The notes under the pieces are model-generated. The model made no database searches. It was given only the letters and a program-made list of their open reading frames with translations, and was not told the DNA's origin. The position numbers and the translations under genes were made by a program. Positions 1-11,949 of a stretch of DNA of 64,000 nucleotides are shown piece by piece. Every line of letters begins with the position of its first letter. The stretch's first letter is position 1. This stretch comes from Eledone cirrhosa. Taxonomy: Eukaryota. The DNA is taken from assembly GCA_964016885.1 (NCBI GenBank), contig OZ024741.1, forward strand, positions 144,584,001 through 144,648,000, in the 5' to 3' direction.

Positions 1-58
1 AATAAAAGCTCTCTCCAGTTGTATCATTTTGTCATTCAGTATTCGAACTTGTAATGAG
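1..58 (-). CDS. GCPII/NAALADase-like exon (runs off window): DSLQVRILNDKMIQLERAFI
   Basis: ctacag| acceptor; matches LRMMNDQLMFLERAFI. Confidence 0.93.
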
Positions 59-81
59 CTGTAGAGGAAGAATGTGAAATA

Positions 82-341
82 TTAATCCTTTTGATACCAA
101 ATCATCTGAAACTACCTTTGGATCTACAATGCAAAACTGTTTATATTTATCTGAAAAACCTTCCATCATAATTTTATCTTTGCTATGTTCCAAACACCAT
201 GAGATGAGAAAGTTATATTACTAAATCCCTCCAAATTCTTGATTATTTCTCTAATTATTTGAAAGATCATTGGCAGGGTCTTTTATTAGGTTAATGAAAG
301 ATCATTGGCAGGGTCTTTTATTAGGTTAATGAAAGAGTTAA
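82..341. mobile_element. Old AT-rich TTAA-flanked MITE-like repeat, family 1 (further copies ~841-1087, 30780-30985, 31473-31540, 53455-53550, 55446-55678, 57080-57500)
   Basis: Recurrent ttaa(c/t)cttttgataccaaa...tatgttccaaa...cattagaaatatggtaa...gttaa block; the TTAA ends suggest a piggyBac-type MITE. Confidence 0.55.
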
Positions 342-1167
342 TAAAATATATATATATATATATATATATTGAATATGTCATTCATTGTGCATTCACATCA
401 GTTTTGCATCTCTCCTCAATATAACAACCAAAATTGGGTTCTAATTTTGGCACAAGGTCAGTCATTTTTGGTGGGGAGGAGAAAGATGATTTACTTAAAT
501 CAACCCGAGTACTTGATTGATCTAGTACTTTATTTTATAAACCCATAAAAAGTTGACGGGTAAAGTTGAACTCAGAATGTGAAGAGACATTAACTAAACA
601 CTGTGAAGCCTTTTTCTGATGCTGGGATATATTTTCAGTTTGAAATTACAAATTAACAAAACTTTTAATTTGTTTGCAAACCAAATATTTGTGGAGTGGA
701 AAAGAGAAATTGAGTTGAAAGATAATTAATGTTGCCTATAAGATCCAAACTGATGCAGGCAAACACCCAATGAATTTCAAGTCAATCACCTTAATTACTT
801 GGTCATGATGACTTCATGTTTAGAAAAGTTTAACAATCAGTTAACACTTTTGATACCAAACCAGAAACTGGCTCTGGTTCTATGATACAAAACTGTTTTA
901 ATAAAAAAAAAACAACAACCTTCCATTATAGTTTTATGTAGGAACTTTGGCATGTCATGTACAAACACAAACTTGATAATGAGAGAGTTAATTTATATAA
1001 CTAAATAGTTCCAAATTGATGATTATTTTTGAAATTGCTTGAAAATTATAGACAGTGTATTTCATTAGAAATATGGTAATAAAGTTATCAGTGATGAAAG
1101 TAAGCAATCAAAGCAGCTGAAATATTAGAGCAGTAATAGTGGAAACAACCAAAAATTTGGAACTTAC

Positions 1168-1252
1168 TCGTTTTCGTCAATTTGGGGCTTATACTCATCA
1201 TGAAATTTTTCTGTTGCTTTTACAAATACCTTTGAAGCTTCTTTTAATGGCC
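1168..1252 (-). CDS. GCPII/NAALADase-like exon (85 bp): GPLKEASKVFVKATEKFHDEYKPQIDEN
   Basis: tttcag| and |gtaagt; phase 1-2; helical L..A...F...A..F pattern of the dimerisation domain. Confidence 0.88.
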
Positions 1253-1294
1253 CTGAAAAGATAAAATGTCATTAGTTGTTTTTTTTATGTGTGT

Positions 1295-1326
<32 letters not shown>

Positions 1327-1339
1327 TTACATGCATATA

Positions 1340-1920
1340 TATATATAAACATACATATAGAGAAGAAATTCTAAACCTGGAAGCATGGCCTAGAAACAAA
1401 GGGTCTTAAAATCAACCTGACAAAGACCAAGGTCCTAGTAAGTAGAAGGGAGAACAGATTCGCGGTCCCCTCAGGGAAATGGCTTTGCTCAGTATGTAGG
1501 AAAAGTATAGGTAGAAATTCCATCCACTGTCCCAAATCCAAACTATGGGTGCACAAGCGATGTAGTGGGATCTCAGGCAGCTTAGCTAAGAACGTAGGTT
1601 TTACATGTGACCATTGCACAGGAGCTGTAAGCATCAAACACTCACAGGAAACAAGCTCTATCAAATTGTTGGAGGGTTCTGTAGAAGCAGTAGACAGCTT
1701 CTGCTACTTGAGTGACCAAATCAGCAGCAGAGGTAGGTGTTCCAAAAATACAGTTGCCAGAGTAAGAACGGGATAGAGAAAGTTCAGAGAGTTACTACCG
1801 CTACTAGCTGCAAAAGGTTTTTCCCTTAAAATGAAGGGCAGATTGTATGATGAATGTGTACGAACAACAATGTTACATGATAGTGAGACCTGGGCACTGT
1901 GTGCAGAGACCTGTGGAGAT
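1340..1920 (+). mobile_element. RTE-clade LINE fragment (PHD-bearing family), degenerate
   Basis: Encodes GLKINLTKTKVLV...HKRCSG...DSFCYLSD with stops; homologous to 20850-21400. Confidence 0.9.
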
Positions 1921-2013
1921 GGGAAAGAACTGAAACAGTCCTATATGAGTAAGACACGGTCAACTGTTCCAACTTACCTCAAATGGAATGACCTGTCTAA
2001 CCTATGCTAGAAT

Positions 2014-2165
2014 TAGGGACCCCAGTCCCTATCATCTCATTTCTTCAGCTGAGTAAAGTGGAGCAATGTGAAATAAAGTGTCTTGCTCAAGGAAACAACA
2101 CATCACCCAGTCCGAGAATTGAACTCACACCTTTCGATTGCAAGCCCAATGCTCTAACCACTAAT
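2014..2165 (-). mobile_element. Head half of tRNA-derived SINE; inverted duplicate of 8316-8467
   Basis: Same 5' truncation point and same private variants as the copy at 8316. Confidence 0.85.
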
Positions 2166-2182
2166 ATATATATATATATATA

Positions 2183-2513
2183 GAGGCACATGGCTTAGTG
2201 GTTAGAGCATTGGCCTTGCAATCGAAAGGTTGTGAGTTCAATTCTCAGACCGGGTTATGTGTTGTTTCCTTGAGCAAGACACTTTATTTCACATTGCTCC
2301 AGTTTACTCAACTGTAGAAATGAGATGATAAGGACTGGGGTCCCTATCATTCCACTGCAAAGTGGTCGTGGAGGTGCCACGGCAAAAAAGCACCCAGCAC
2401 TCACTGTAAACGAGGTTGGTGTTAGGAAGGGCATCCAGCTGTAGAAATCAAGCCAGAATCAGTTCCCGTCCCACCCTTGCAAGCAGGGAAAAAGCGGACG
2501 TAAAATGAAATGA
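2183..2513 (+). mobile_element. Full-length tRNA-derived SINE (~330 bp) with RTE-derived tail
   Basis: A-box TGGCTTAGTGG, B-box GAGTTCAATTC; 3' part matches the RTE 3'UTR; inserted in (TA)n. Confidence 0.9.
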
Positions 2514-2518
2514 TATAT

Positions 2519-4934
2519 ATTTGGGGAGGGTCATATTTGTGTAATATTGCCAGAATTAATAACAGAACACACTCACTGTTTGGTTGGTTTTTGCTTTTCG
2601 CTTCTGTGTCTTTTATATCGGTAATCTAATTTATTCGGTCCTCAATGTTGCCATTGACTGACCGGCAGTCAAAAATAATACAGATACAATATATACACAA
2701 ACACATATATATAGTTTATCAAAGTTCTTTCATTGCACATCTGCAACATCGTCAGTGGTGCTATTGTTTCCTCCTGTTACATTGTATGTCTACGCCATTT
2801 TTATTTAGTCTGTCTATATATTTATTTATTTATTTGTTTGTTTGTTTATTTTATTTTGTCTTCTTTGCGCATGCATTTGCGTGTGTGTATAGTGTTTTGT
2901 TTGATGTGTGTTCGTGATTGGGTGACTGTGTATCGGTTAATGTATTCTATCTTTACTAGTGTGTGTTTATATGTGTTTGTTGTTATTGTGCTTGTGTATG
3001 TATTTATTTATTTATTTATCTATTTATTTATTTATTTATACTTCTCTTAGGTCAGTGTTGTTCTTTCTGTTTAGTCTTGGCCTTCTAAGTTCTATTTCAC
3101 TGGCCTCTCTGATTTGTCTATCTGCTGGGTCATTTCTATGTTTAGATATTATTCTAATTTCTATGTTGTCTATGTTACCGTCGTGTTGTTGTCTGGCATG
3201 TTCGTATAGTACTGACCCGTTTTTTCGTCCGTTTAGTTCCCCCCAGTGTTGGTCTATCCTTTCACCTATGCTACGAGCTGTCTCGCCTATGTATGTTGTT
3301 GTCATGTTTCTGCAAGTATCCTCTGTACATCTTATGCTATAGACTACGTTTCTAGTTTTACAGTTTATCCGGGGGTTTACCTTACATATGATACATTTCC
3401 TATTAGTACAGTGGGTTTTCTGAAAAGGGTAGGTTTTGCTGATCAGGGATTTTATGGTGGTTCCTGGCTTTTCTACCACCTTAATCTTTAAGTGGGTCTT
3501 TCTCAGGGCCTTTCTACACTGGTTAGCTAATTTCCCTCCAGGGGTAGCGTCCACAAACATGACACTCTGGTATCTCTGGTTGTACCATGAGGTGGCTTTC
3601 CCTATCTTATGTCTAGCCCTATCTAAGCTATTCCATGATTTGCTCCTGTATAATGGGCAAATTCCTTTCATGTCCACTTCTATGTGGGTCTTATACTTCT
3701 CCATGGCTCCTTCGTATATTCTTACTCTGTCTCTTTGGTTGTAGCCAGAGAACTGTATGCAGTTGATGAAGTGTTGGATGTGTCTTTCCATTTCTGTTGG
3801 GTCGCACATGCGGAACACATTCTTCATCACTCGTACCAAATATGCGATCAGAATATTAAACTTAGCACTACTGGACATTGCTGAGTTTTTGAGTATCAGG
3901 TATTTGGAGGCCATGGGTTTAGCATAGTGTGAGTGGAGAATTTGGGCTCTCTCGTCTATAGTGTTAATCCAGAGTTCCATGTCTAATACAGGTAGTCTAT
4001 TGTTAGGGTGTTTGGAAGGGAAGTCGATAGTTACAGTTATATTCTGGTGTATGGAATTAGCTATCTGCTGGATGCTTTCCATTGTGCTACGTTCTAAATC
4101 AAACTTGTTAGTGCTCTCTAGTGGGGATGTTCTTATAACTATATTGATATCGTCTACGTAACGAGAGTACATGATGAGGTCTATGGAGCTCTCATTAAGG
4201 AGATCTTTAAGTCTCCTTTCCCACCATACCATGAAAAGGTTGGCAACATTACCAGCTATGCTGACGCCAATGGCTGCTCCCTCATTTTGGGTGTAGATCT
4301 TCTCGTTGAACTTGAATATGTGGCCCTTTAGGGTAGTTTTGATACTAGCCCCTATTGCATGTGCGACCATTTTTCTTACCTGATCATTGTTTTGGGGGGT
4401 CCGTATAGCTTTGGTCCACCCAATCCACCTTCCCATGGGAGTCTTTTTTGCCATTGAGGTTATGGTGGGGGGTCTACCTCTTATGGGTCTACTAGGGCAG
4501 AAATGTCTAAGGTCATGGCTGTGTAGGTAGTCAGTGTCATAGGTAAGTTTCTACCATTGTGGTTGTTACTTTTATTATGTTTCTTGTTTTTGTTGTGTCT
4601 ATCATTAATGTTGCTACATGTATTATTTCCATTATTACCACTGTGGTTATTGTTGTTGTTGTTCGTATTGTTACCGTTATTACTACTGTGGTCGCTGCTG
4701 CTGTGTCTGTGGTTAATGTTTCTATTATTATTATTATTGTGGTTGTTGTTGTTCTGTCTATCGTTAGTATTATTACCATTATTACTATTTCTCACTCTCC
4801 TGCTATTGTTATAGTTATGGCTGTTATTTCTATACTCACAGTTATTGTTTATATTACTACTACCGTTATTATTATTGTTGTTGTTGTTTACTTTTGCATT
4901 CCAACGTATTTTTGTGAAACACTTTTCCAGCTCC
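2519..4934 (-). mobile_element. Penelope-like retroelement (Neptune-like), left inverted arm with ~920-bp internal deletion
   Basis: Reverse complement of 4950-8290, lacking ~5341-6264. Confidence 0.92.
3036..4454 (-). CDS. PLE reverse transcriptase C-terminal half plus Cys-rich linker and GIY-YIG endonuclease (472 aa open, 5'-incomplete)
   Basis: YTQNEGAAIG, YSRYVDD, CxxxxCxxC linker, NVVY...YIGETAR...H. Confidence 0.85.
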   Translation of the reverse strand: MAKKTPMGRWIGWTKAIRTPQNNDQVRKMVAHAIGASIKTTLKGHIFKFNEKIYTQNEGAAIGVSIAGNVANLFMVWWERRLKDLLNESSIDLIMYSRYVDDINIVIRTSPLESTNKFDLERSTMESIQQIANSIHQNITVTIDFPSKHPNNRLPVLDMELWINTIDERAQILHSHYAKPMASKYLILKNSAMSSSAKFNILIAYLVRVMKNVFRMCDPTEMERHIQHFINCIQFSGYNQRDRVRIYEGAMEKYKTHIEVDMKGICPLYRSKSWNSLDRARHKIGKATSWYNQRYQSVMFVDATPGGKLANQCRKALRKTHLKIKVVEKPGTTIKSLISKTYPFQKTHCTNRKCIICKVNPRINCKTRNVVYSIRCTEDTCRNMTTTYIGETARSIGERIDQHWGELNGRKNGSVLYEHARQQHDGNIDNIEIRIISKHRNDPADRQIREASEIELRRPRLNRKNNTDLREV

Positions 4935-7900
4935 TATTGAGTGCAAAACGGAGCTGGAAAAGTGTTTCACAAAAATACGTTGGAATACAAAAGTAAACAA
5001 CAACAACAACAATAATAACGGTAGTAGTAATATAAACAATAACTCTGAGTATAGAAATAACAGCCATAACAATAACAATAGCAGGAGAGTGAGAAATAGT
5101 AATAATGGTAATAATACTAACGATAGACAGAACAACAACAACAACCACAATAATAATAATAATAGAAACATAAACCACAGACACAACAGCAGCGACCACA
5201 GTAGTAATAACGGTAACAATACGAACAACAACAGCAATAACCACAGTGGTAATAATGGAAATAATACATGTAGCAGCATTAATGATAGACACAACAAAAA
5301 CAAGAAACATAATAAAAGTAACAACCACAATGGTAGAAACCACAACCACCATGATAACAATAATAGCAACACACACAACTATGACGATAGATATAATGAC
5401 AACCCCCTAGAGAAACTATTTTTCAACCCAGCTGACAAAACATATAAGATGGGTAATATCTATCCTACGAGGTTACCCTTTAATAAAAGAGTTTGCATAC
5501 CACAACAAATAGATGACGAGACAGAGGCACAGTTCACCATAGCTAGAAATAAGATTAGACAAATAGTAGACAGGTTACTAAGAGACAGAGCAGACCAGAG
5601 GCCCAACAACTTGGGAGGAAACCTGTAGAAGGCTTGGTTAGCCTCAAGCAGCGCACAAGGGATGGTGAGGTAGTATGTCTACCCACGGATAAGTCTAGTA
5701 AGATGTCAATAGATAGCATGCCGAACTACATCAAGGCTATGCAACCCCACATCACCAACACGAGCGAAATTGCACAGCAAATACACGATGGGAGAGAGAA
5801 AATCCTCAACGCTCACATGATGATGTGGACTGACATCCTAAAGCCAAGCAGACACACTGCCAACAACTTCCAGGCGTCTAACAATGGCATACCACCCTTG
5901 TATGGGCTCCGCAAAGACCACAAGACAGTCGACGACCCGACAACAGGACCACCAACAAGACCCGTATGCGGAGCTAATATAGCTAGCAACTACAGGATCT
6001 CCTACTTCCTCTCAATGGTTATACGCCCCATAATCAAGATGTCCCCAGATGTATGTGACAGTACAGAGGAGCTCCTCATCAGAATCAGTGAGTGCAACAA
6101 AAACAGGAACCTATCCAACTGCATAATAGGCAGCATGGATGTGGTATCACTGTACCCATCCATTAACATTGATTTTGCTGTGGAAAAATGTGTGGAGATG
6201 ATCATTGAGAGTGAGGTGGAGTTCTGCGACGTCGACACAGACGAACTGGGCCTCCTACTTAGACTTACCTACGACACTGACTACCTAGACAGCCATTACC
6301 TTAGACGTTTCTGCCCTAGTAGACCCATAAGAGGTAGACCCCCACCATAACCTCAATGGCAAAAAAGACTCCCATGGGAAGGTGGATTGGGTGGACCAAA
6401 GCTATACGGACCCCCCAAAACAATGATCAGGTAAGAAAAATGGTCGCACATGCAATAGGGGCTAGTATCAAAACTACCCTAAAGGGCCACATATTCAAGT
6501 TCAACGAGAAGATCTACACCCAAAATGAGGGAGCAGCCATTGGCGTCAGCATAGCTGGTGATGTTGCCAACCTTTTCATGGTATGGTGAGAAAGGAGACT
6601 TAAAGATCTCCTTAATGAGAGCTCCATAGACCTCATCATGTACTCTCGTTACGTAGACGATATCAATATAGTTATAAGAACACCCCCACTAGAGAGCACT
6701 AACAAGTTTGAATTAGAACGTAGCACGATGGAAAGCATCCAGCAGATAGCTAATTCCATACACCAGAATATAACTGTAACTATCGACTTCCCTTCCAAAC
6801 ACCCTAACAATAGACTACCTGTATTAGACACGGAACTCTGGATTAACACTATAGACGAGAGAGCCCAAATTCTCCACTCACACTATGCTAAACCCATGGC
6901 CTCCAAATACCTGATACTCAAAAACTCAGCAATGTCCAGTAGTGCTAAGTTTAATATTCTGATCGCAGATTTGGTACGAGTGATGAAGAATGTGTCCCGC
7001 ATGTGCGACCCAACAGAAATGGAAAGACACATCCAACACTTCATCAACCGCATGCAGTTCTCTGGCTACAACCAAAGAGACAGAGCCAGAGTATATGAAG
7101 GAGCCATGGAGAAGTATAAGACCCTCATAGAACTGGACATGAAAGGAATTTGCCCATTATACAGGAGCAAATCATGGAATAGCTTAGATAAGGCTAGACA
7201 TAAGATAGGGAAAGCCACCTCATGGTACGACAACCAGAGATACCAGAGTGTCATGTTTGTGGACGCTACCCCTGGAGGGAAATTAGCTAACCAGTGTAGA
7301 AAGGCCCTGAGAAAGACCCACTTAAAGATTAAGGTGGTAGAAAAGCCAGGAACCACCATAAAATCCCTGATCAGCAAAACCTACCCTTTTAAGAAAACCC
7401 ACTGTACTAATAGGAAATGTATCATATGTAAGGTAAACCCCCGGATAAACTGTAAAACTAGAAACGTAGTCTATAGCATAAGATGTACAGAGGGTACTTG
7501 CAGAAACATGACAACAACATACATAGGTGAGACAGCTCGTAGCATAGGTGAAAGGATAGACCAACACTGGGGGGAACTAAAAGGACGAAAAAACGGGTCA
7601 GTACTATACGAACATGCCAGACAACAACACGACAGTAACATAGACAACATAGAAATTAGAATAATATCTAAACATAGAAATGACCCAGCAGATAGGCAAA
7701 TCAGAGAGGCCAGTGAAATAGAACTTAGAAGGCCAAGACTAAACAGAAAGAACAACACTGACCTAAGAGAAGTATAAATAAATAAATAAATAGATAAATA
7801 AATAAATACTTACAGAAGCACAATAACAACAAACACATATAAACACACACTAGTAAAGATAGAATACATTAACCGATACACAGTCACCCAATCACGAACA

Positions 7901-8285
7901 CACATCAAACAAAACACTATACACACACGCAAACGCATGCGCAAAGAAGACAAAATAAAATAAACAAACAAACAAATAAATAAATAAATATATAGACAGA
8001 CTAAATAAAAATGGCGTAGACATACAATGTAACAGGAGGAAACAATAGCACAACTGACGATGTTGCAGATGTGCAACGAAAGAACTTTGATAAACTATAT
8101 ATATGTGTTTGTGTATATATTGTATCTGTATTATTTTTGACTGCCGGTCAGTCAATGGCAACATTGAGGACCGAATAAATTAGATTACCGATATAAAAGA
8201 CACAGAAGCGAAAAGCGAAAACCAACCAAACAGTGAGTGTGTTCTGTTATTAATTCTGGCAATATTACACAAATATGACCCTCCC

Positions 8286-8290
<5 letters not shown>
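4935..8290 (+). mobile_element. Penelope-like retroelement (Neptune-like), right arm, 5'-truncated; disrupted ORF ~4936-7777 plus 3'UTR
   Basis: ELEKCFTKIRW, Asn-rich tract, PTDKS, PPLYGLRKDHK, PTRPV, GSMDVVSLYPSI, YVDD, GIY-YIG; TAG at 5626, 1-bp frameshift near 6345, TGA at 6587. Confidence 0.93.
8051..8089 (+). ncRNA. Minimal hammerhead-ribozyme-like motif in the PLE 3'UTR (mirror copy at 2720-2757, minus)
   Basis: CTGACGA - t GTTGCA gatg TGCAAC - GAAA gaac TT tg; helices I and III are very short. Confidence 0.6.
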
Positions 8291-8315
<25 letters not shown>

Positions 8316-8319
<4 letters not shown>

Positions 8320-8692
8320 TGGTTAGAGCATTGGGCTTGCAATCGAAAGGTTGTGAGTTCAATTCTCGGACCGGGTGATGTGTTGTTTCCTTGAGCAAGA
8401 CACTTTATTTCACATTGCTCCACTTTACTCACCTGAAGAAATGAGATGATAGGGACTGGGGTCCCTATCATTCCACTACAAAGTGGTCGTGGAGGTGTCA
8501 CGGCAAAAAAACACCCAGCACTCACTGTAAAGTGAACGTGTAGGCGCCACAAAAAAAAAGCACCCAGCACTCACTGTAAATGAGGTTGGTGTTAGGAAGG
8601 GCATCCAGCTGTAGAAATCAAGCCAGAATCAGTTCCCGTCCCACGCTTGCAAGCAGGGAAAAGCGGACGTAAAATGCTGATGATGATGATGA
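8316..8692 (+). mobile_element. tRNA-derived SINE, slightly 5'-truncated, with internal tandem duplication and (GAT)n tail
   Basis: Matches 2196-2513; the acccagcactcactgtaaa block occurs twice. Confidence 0.9.
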
Positions 8693-9469
8693 TACACACA
8701 CAAGTAAGCACACAGATATAAATATCTAAAACAGGCTTCTACACAGTTTCTGTCAACCAAATTTTAATCATAGTGCATTGTTCAAATCTGAGGCTTTAGT
8801 GGAAGATACTTATCAAAGGTGCTATGCAAACTCCTGAATGACACAACTACATCTGCATATGTTGAACACTGTTGTTCAAGAAGACTATAAAGAGAAACTG
8901 AGAGATTGATGTAGAACTGACTATTTTTCCTACTGCAACTTTTGGGCCACATGAAATGCTTCATACTCATCATAGCATCTCTTTTGCTGTCAACTATTTT
9001 AGTCACTTCTTATGATAGCCAGGAATACAATGTAATTATTCTAAACCAGATATACATAACAATTAACATTCAGTTGGGTAAACAATCGAGTGATTGGTAC
9101 ACAGCAGCAAGCATTTTAAGGCCATTGTTGCCGTGTTAAAGCAGGGGTTAGCTTTGCAGGCCACATGAAAGGCACCATGCTAATATGGGGTCTCTTTTGA
9201 AGCAATCTCTTACAGACACATGCTTTTCATTATGCCAATCTATTTTGTTGCCTTTTATAACATAAGCTATATTGTGTGCCTAATCTAAACTGGATACACA
9301 TAGTGAAAAAAAAAAAGAATGATATGTATATCTCACACCTGTGCAGGTTTAGTTGACCCCCTAGGCTGCATCTCATAGGAGGTTTCTCAAGTGTTTTTAT
9401 AATAAGTACCTCAATCCTATAATGAAAAGCATCATGAGCATCTTTCTCGAGAACACCATGTGTGCGTTT

Positions 9470-10317
9470 ACATAGAGTGGGACATATGGTTGAGTGATTG
9501 ACATAGAGTGGGACATACAGTTGAGTGATATATATAGAGTGGGACATACAGCTGAGTGATTGACGAAGAATGGGACATACAGTTAAGTGATTGACATAGA
9601 GTGGGACATACAGTTAAGTGATTGACATAGAGTGGGACATACAGTTAAGTGATTGACATAGAGTGGGACATACAGCTGAGTGACAGAGTGGGACATACAG
9701 TTGAGTGATAGATATAGAATGGGACATACAGTTGAGTGATAGATATAGAGTGGGACATACAGTTGAGTGATAGATATAGAGTGGGACATACAGTTGAGTG
9801 ATAGATATAAAGTGGGACATACAGTTGAGTGATTGACATAAAGTGGGACATACAGTTGAGTGATAGATATAAAGTGGGACATACAGTTGAGTGATAGATA
9901 TAGAGTGGGACATACAGTTGAGTGATAGATATAAAGTGGGACATACAGTTGAGTGATAGATATAAAGTGGGACATACAGTTGAGTGATAGATATAGAGTG
10001 GGACATACAGTTGAGTGATAGATATAAAGTGGGATATACAGTTGAGTGATTGACATAAAGTGGGACATACAGTTGAGTGATAGATATAGAGTGGGACATA
10101 CAGTTGAGTGATAGATATAGAGTGGGACATACAGTTGAGTGATTGACATAAAGTGGGACATACAGTTGAGTGATAGATATAGAGTGGGATATACAGTTGA
10201 GTGATAGATATAAAGTGGGACATACAGTTGAGTGATAGATATAGAGTAGGACATACAGTTGAGTGATAGATATAGAGTGGGACATACAGCTGAGTGATTG
10301 ACATAGCGAGGGACATT
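9470..10317. repeat. 31-bp minisatellite, ~27 copies (agttgagtgatagatatagagtgggacatac)
   Basis: Direct tandem periodicity with two unit variants (gattgacata / gatagatata). Confidence 0.95.
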
Positions 10318-10380
10318 GAGTAGAGTGATAGATATAGAGTTAGAGAGAAATTATAAAGTGAGTAGAAAGCAATAACTAAC

Positions 10381-10505
10381 CAATGTTTACTGAATGGCCA
10401 GACCAAATGTTATCATGTTCTTTACTTAACTTGTAAACTGTCTCTGCAATGATGCTAGAATACCGTCGGAGGTCAAATGCTAAAATTTTGTCTTCAGCCA
10501 GGTAA
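10381..10505 (-). CDS. GCPII/NAALADase-like exon (125 bp): YLAEDKILAFDLRRYSSIIAETVYKLSKEHDNIWSGHSVNI
   Basis: ttacag| and |gttagt; phase 2-1 fits neighbours; resembles ELANSIVLPFDCRDY. Confidence 0.9.
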
Positions 10506-10789
10506 CTGTAAAATACAAAAAATAAAAATAAAATACAATAATATAATAAAGATGTTTTATCAATATGAGTTACAATGACTTAAAAGGGAAATTTGGTAGA
10601 CAGAAACTAAAGTAGCCCCTCGAATATATGTATGTGTGTGTGTGTTTATGCCCCATAACCTAGCAGTTTAACAAAATAAGATTGATGAAAATAAGTACTG
10701 GGGTTAATATGATTGACTTTAAGGTAGTGCCCCAGCATGGCCAAAGTCTAATGACTGAAATCAGCAAAAGAATAAAAGAATGTATAATA

Positions 10790-11112
10790 CAATAATAGTT
10801 TCTACTTTTGGCACAAGGCTAGCAATTATCCCAGTGCATTACTGGTACTTTATTTCATTTTGATCCCGTATGGATGAAAGGCAAACTTAACCTCAGCGGG
10901 ATTTGAATTCAGACCGTAAAGGGCCGTAACTCTATACTGCAAAGCATGACGTCTGACCCTCTACTGATAATATAATAATTGTTTCTTCTTTTGGCACAAG
11001 GCCAGCAATAATCTAGTGCATTACTGGTACTTTATTTTATCGACCCTGTAAGAATGAAAGGCAAAGTTAACCTTGGCAGGATTTGAACTCAGACCGTAAA
11101 GCGTCGTAACTA
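10790..11112 (-). repeat. Tandemly duplicated fragment of an abundant old SINE-like repeat (other copies ~440-610, 13600-13720, 29150-29290, 29930-30390, 53565-53705)
   Basis: Two ~185-bp units (ttttggcacaagg...tactggtactttatt...gatttgaa.tcagaccgtaaag). Confidence 0.7.
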
Positions 11113-11177
11113 TGACAATGGACATCTGTTGGTTTTGATGAAGAGTTACAGTTGTGTAGGTTGTTCAATGGAAATAG

Positions 11178-11432
11178 TTCTTCTTCGCCCACTTATTCCT
11201 GGGAGGGTCGAGGAGGCAGAGTCATCAAACACTCCTTCCAGCAGGTCCTCTCAGAAGCAATCATCTTTAATTGATCCAGCTGAGCTCAAGGATGTTATCC
11301 AACCATCTTGCTTGGGGTCTACTCATGGGTCTCCTGCTGGTTGGTTTTACTTGTAAAATCTATCCAGTGATTCTTTCCTGAGACATTCTAACCACGTGTC
11401 CATAGGATCGTAGCTGTGATCTCTAACTGACG
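11178..11432 (-). mobile_element. RTE-clade LINE family 2, 3' fragment
   Basis: Homologous to 52270-52560. Confidence 0.8.
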
Positions 11433-11949
11433 GAAGAACCGTCATTAACATCATCATAACAATTCAACATGGTATTTACTAAAATAAAAAGTTATAAAAT
11501 CTAAGGCATACCCCAATTAAGCGCATCTCCCAAACCATCCTCCAGGGAAACATCTCTATTCTGTCCGCTGGGACTGTGGGGTGGCCAGTCCACTGGGTCG
11601 CAGGGTGGCCAGCGAGTGGGCCACCAATTGCTCATAATAGTGAGAGAGAGGGAGAGCAGGAGAGATGGAGGCAGTGACAGTAGGAGTTTGGTTCCTTTAT
11701 GTTTGGACATGGTGTATATGCATATGTTTCCCGGACACACACTCACACTGAGGCAATTTGTAAATAAGTATATTAAGATGCAGAAGAACAGCATTTAAAT
11801 AAACACAAACTATCCTGTTGAGATGGAGGACAGGTTTTAAGTTTTATATATATTCTACCTACAAGTTGAGATTGTACGGTTCTATGTTGTGTTGATGCTT
11901 AAACGTCTGAGATTAAATTTCTCTTCCCATTTTTCCAAGTTGATAAAAT

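Noticed and set aside
2183-2255. tRNA gene (GCA anticodon-like loop)
   Set aside because: No proper acceptor stem or terminator; it is the head of a multicopy SINE.
4537-5378. Hydrophobic Leu/Val/Ile-rich membrane-protein-like ORFs
   Set aside because: Antisense or alternate frames of the PLE (AAY)n tract.
2014-8467. Assembly fold-back artefact as the explanation for the palindrome
   Set aside because: Arms differ by substitutions, a ~920-bp deletion and a SINE insertion; spanning reads are still needed for certainty.
9583-10406. 223-253-aa ORFs in three minus frames
   Set aside because: Produced by the stop-free 31-bp minisatellite.
11501-11640. GC-rich WPP-repeat mini-ORF
   Set aside because: Probably scrambled Tc1/mariner sequence (WPPHSP; FPGGWFGR in another frame); too short to call.
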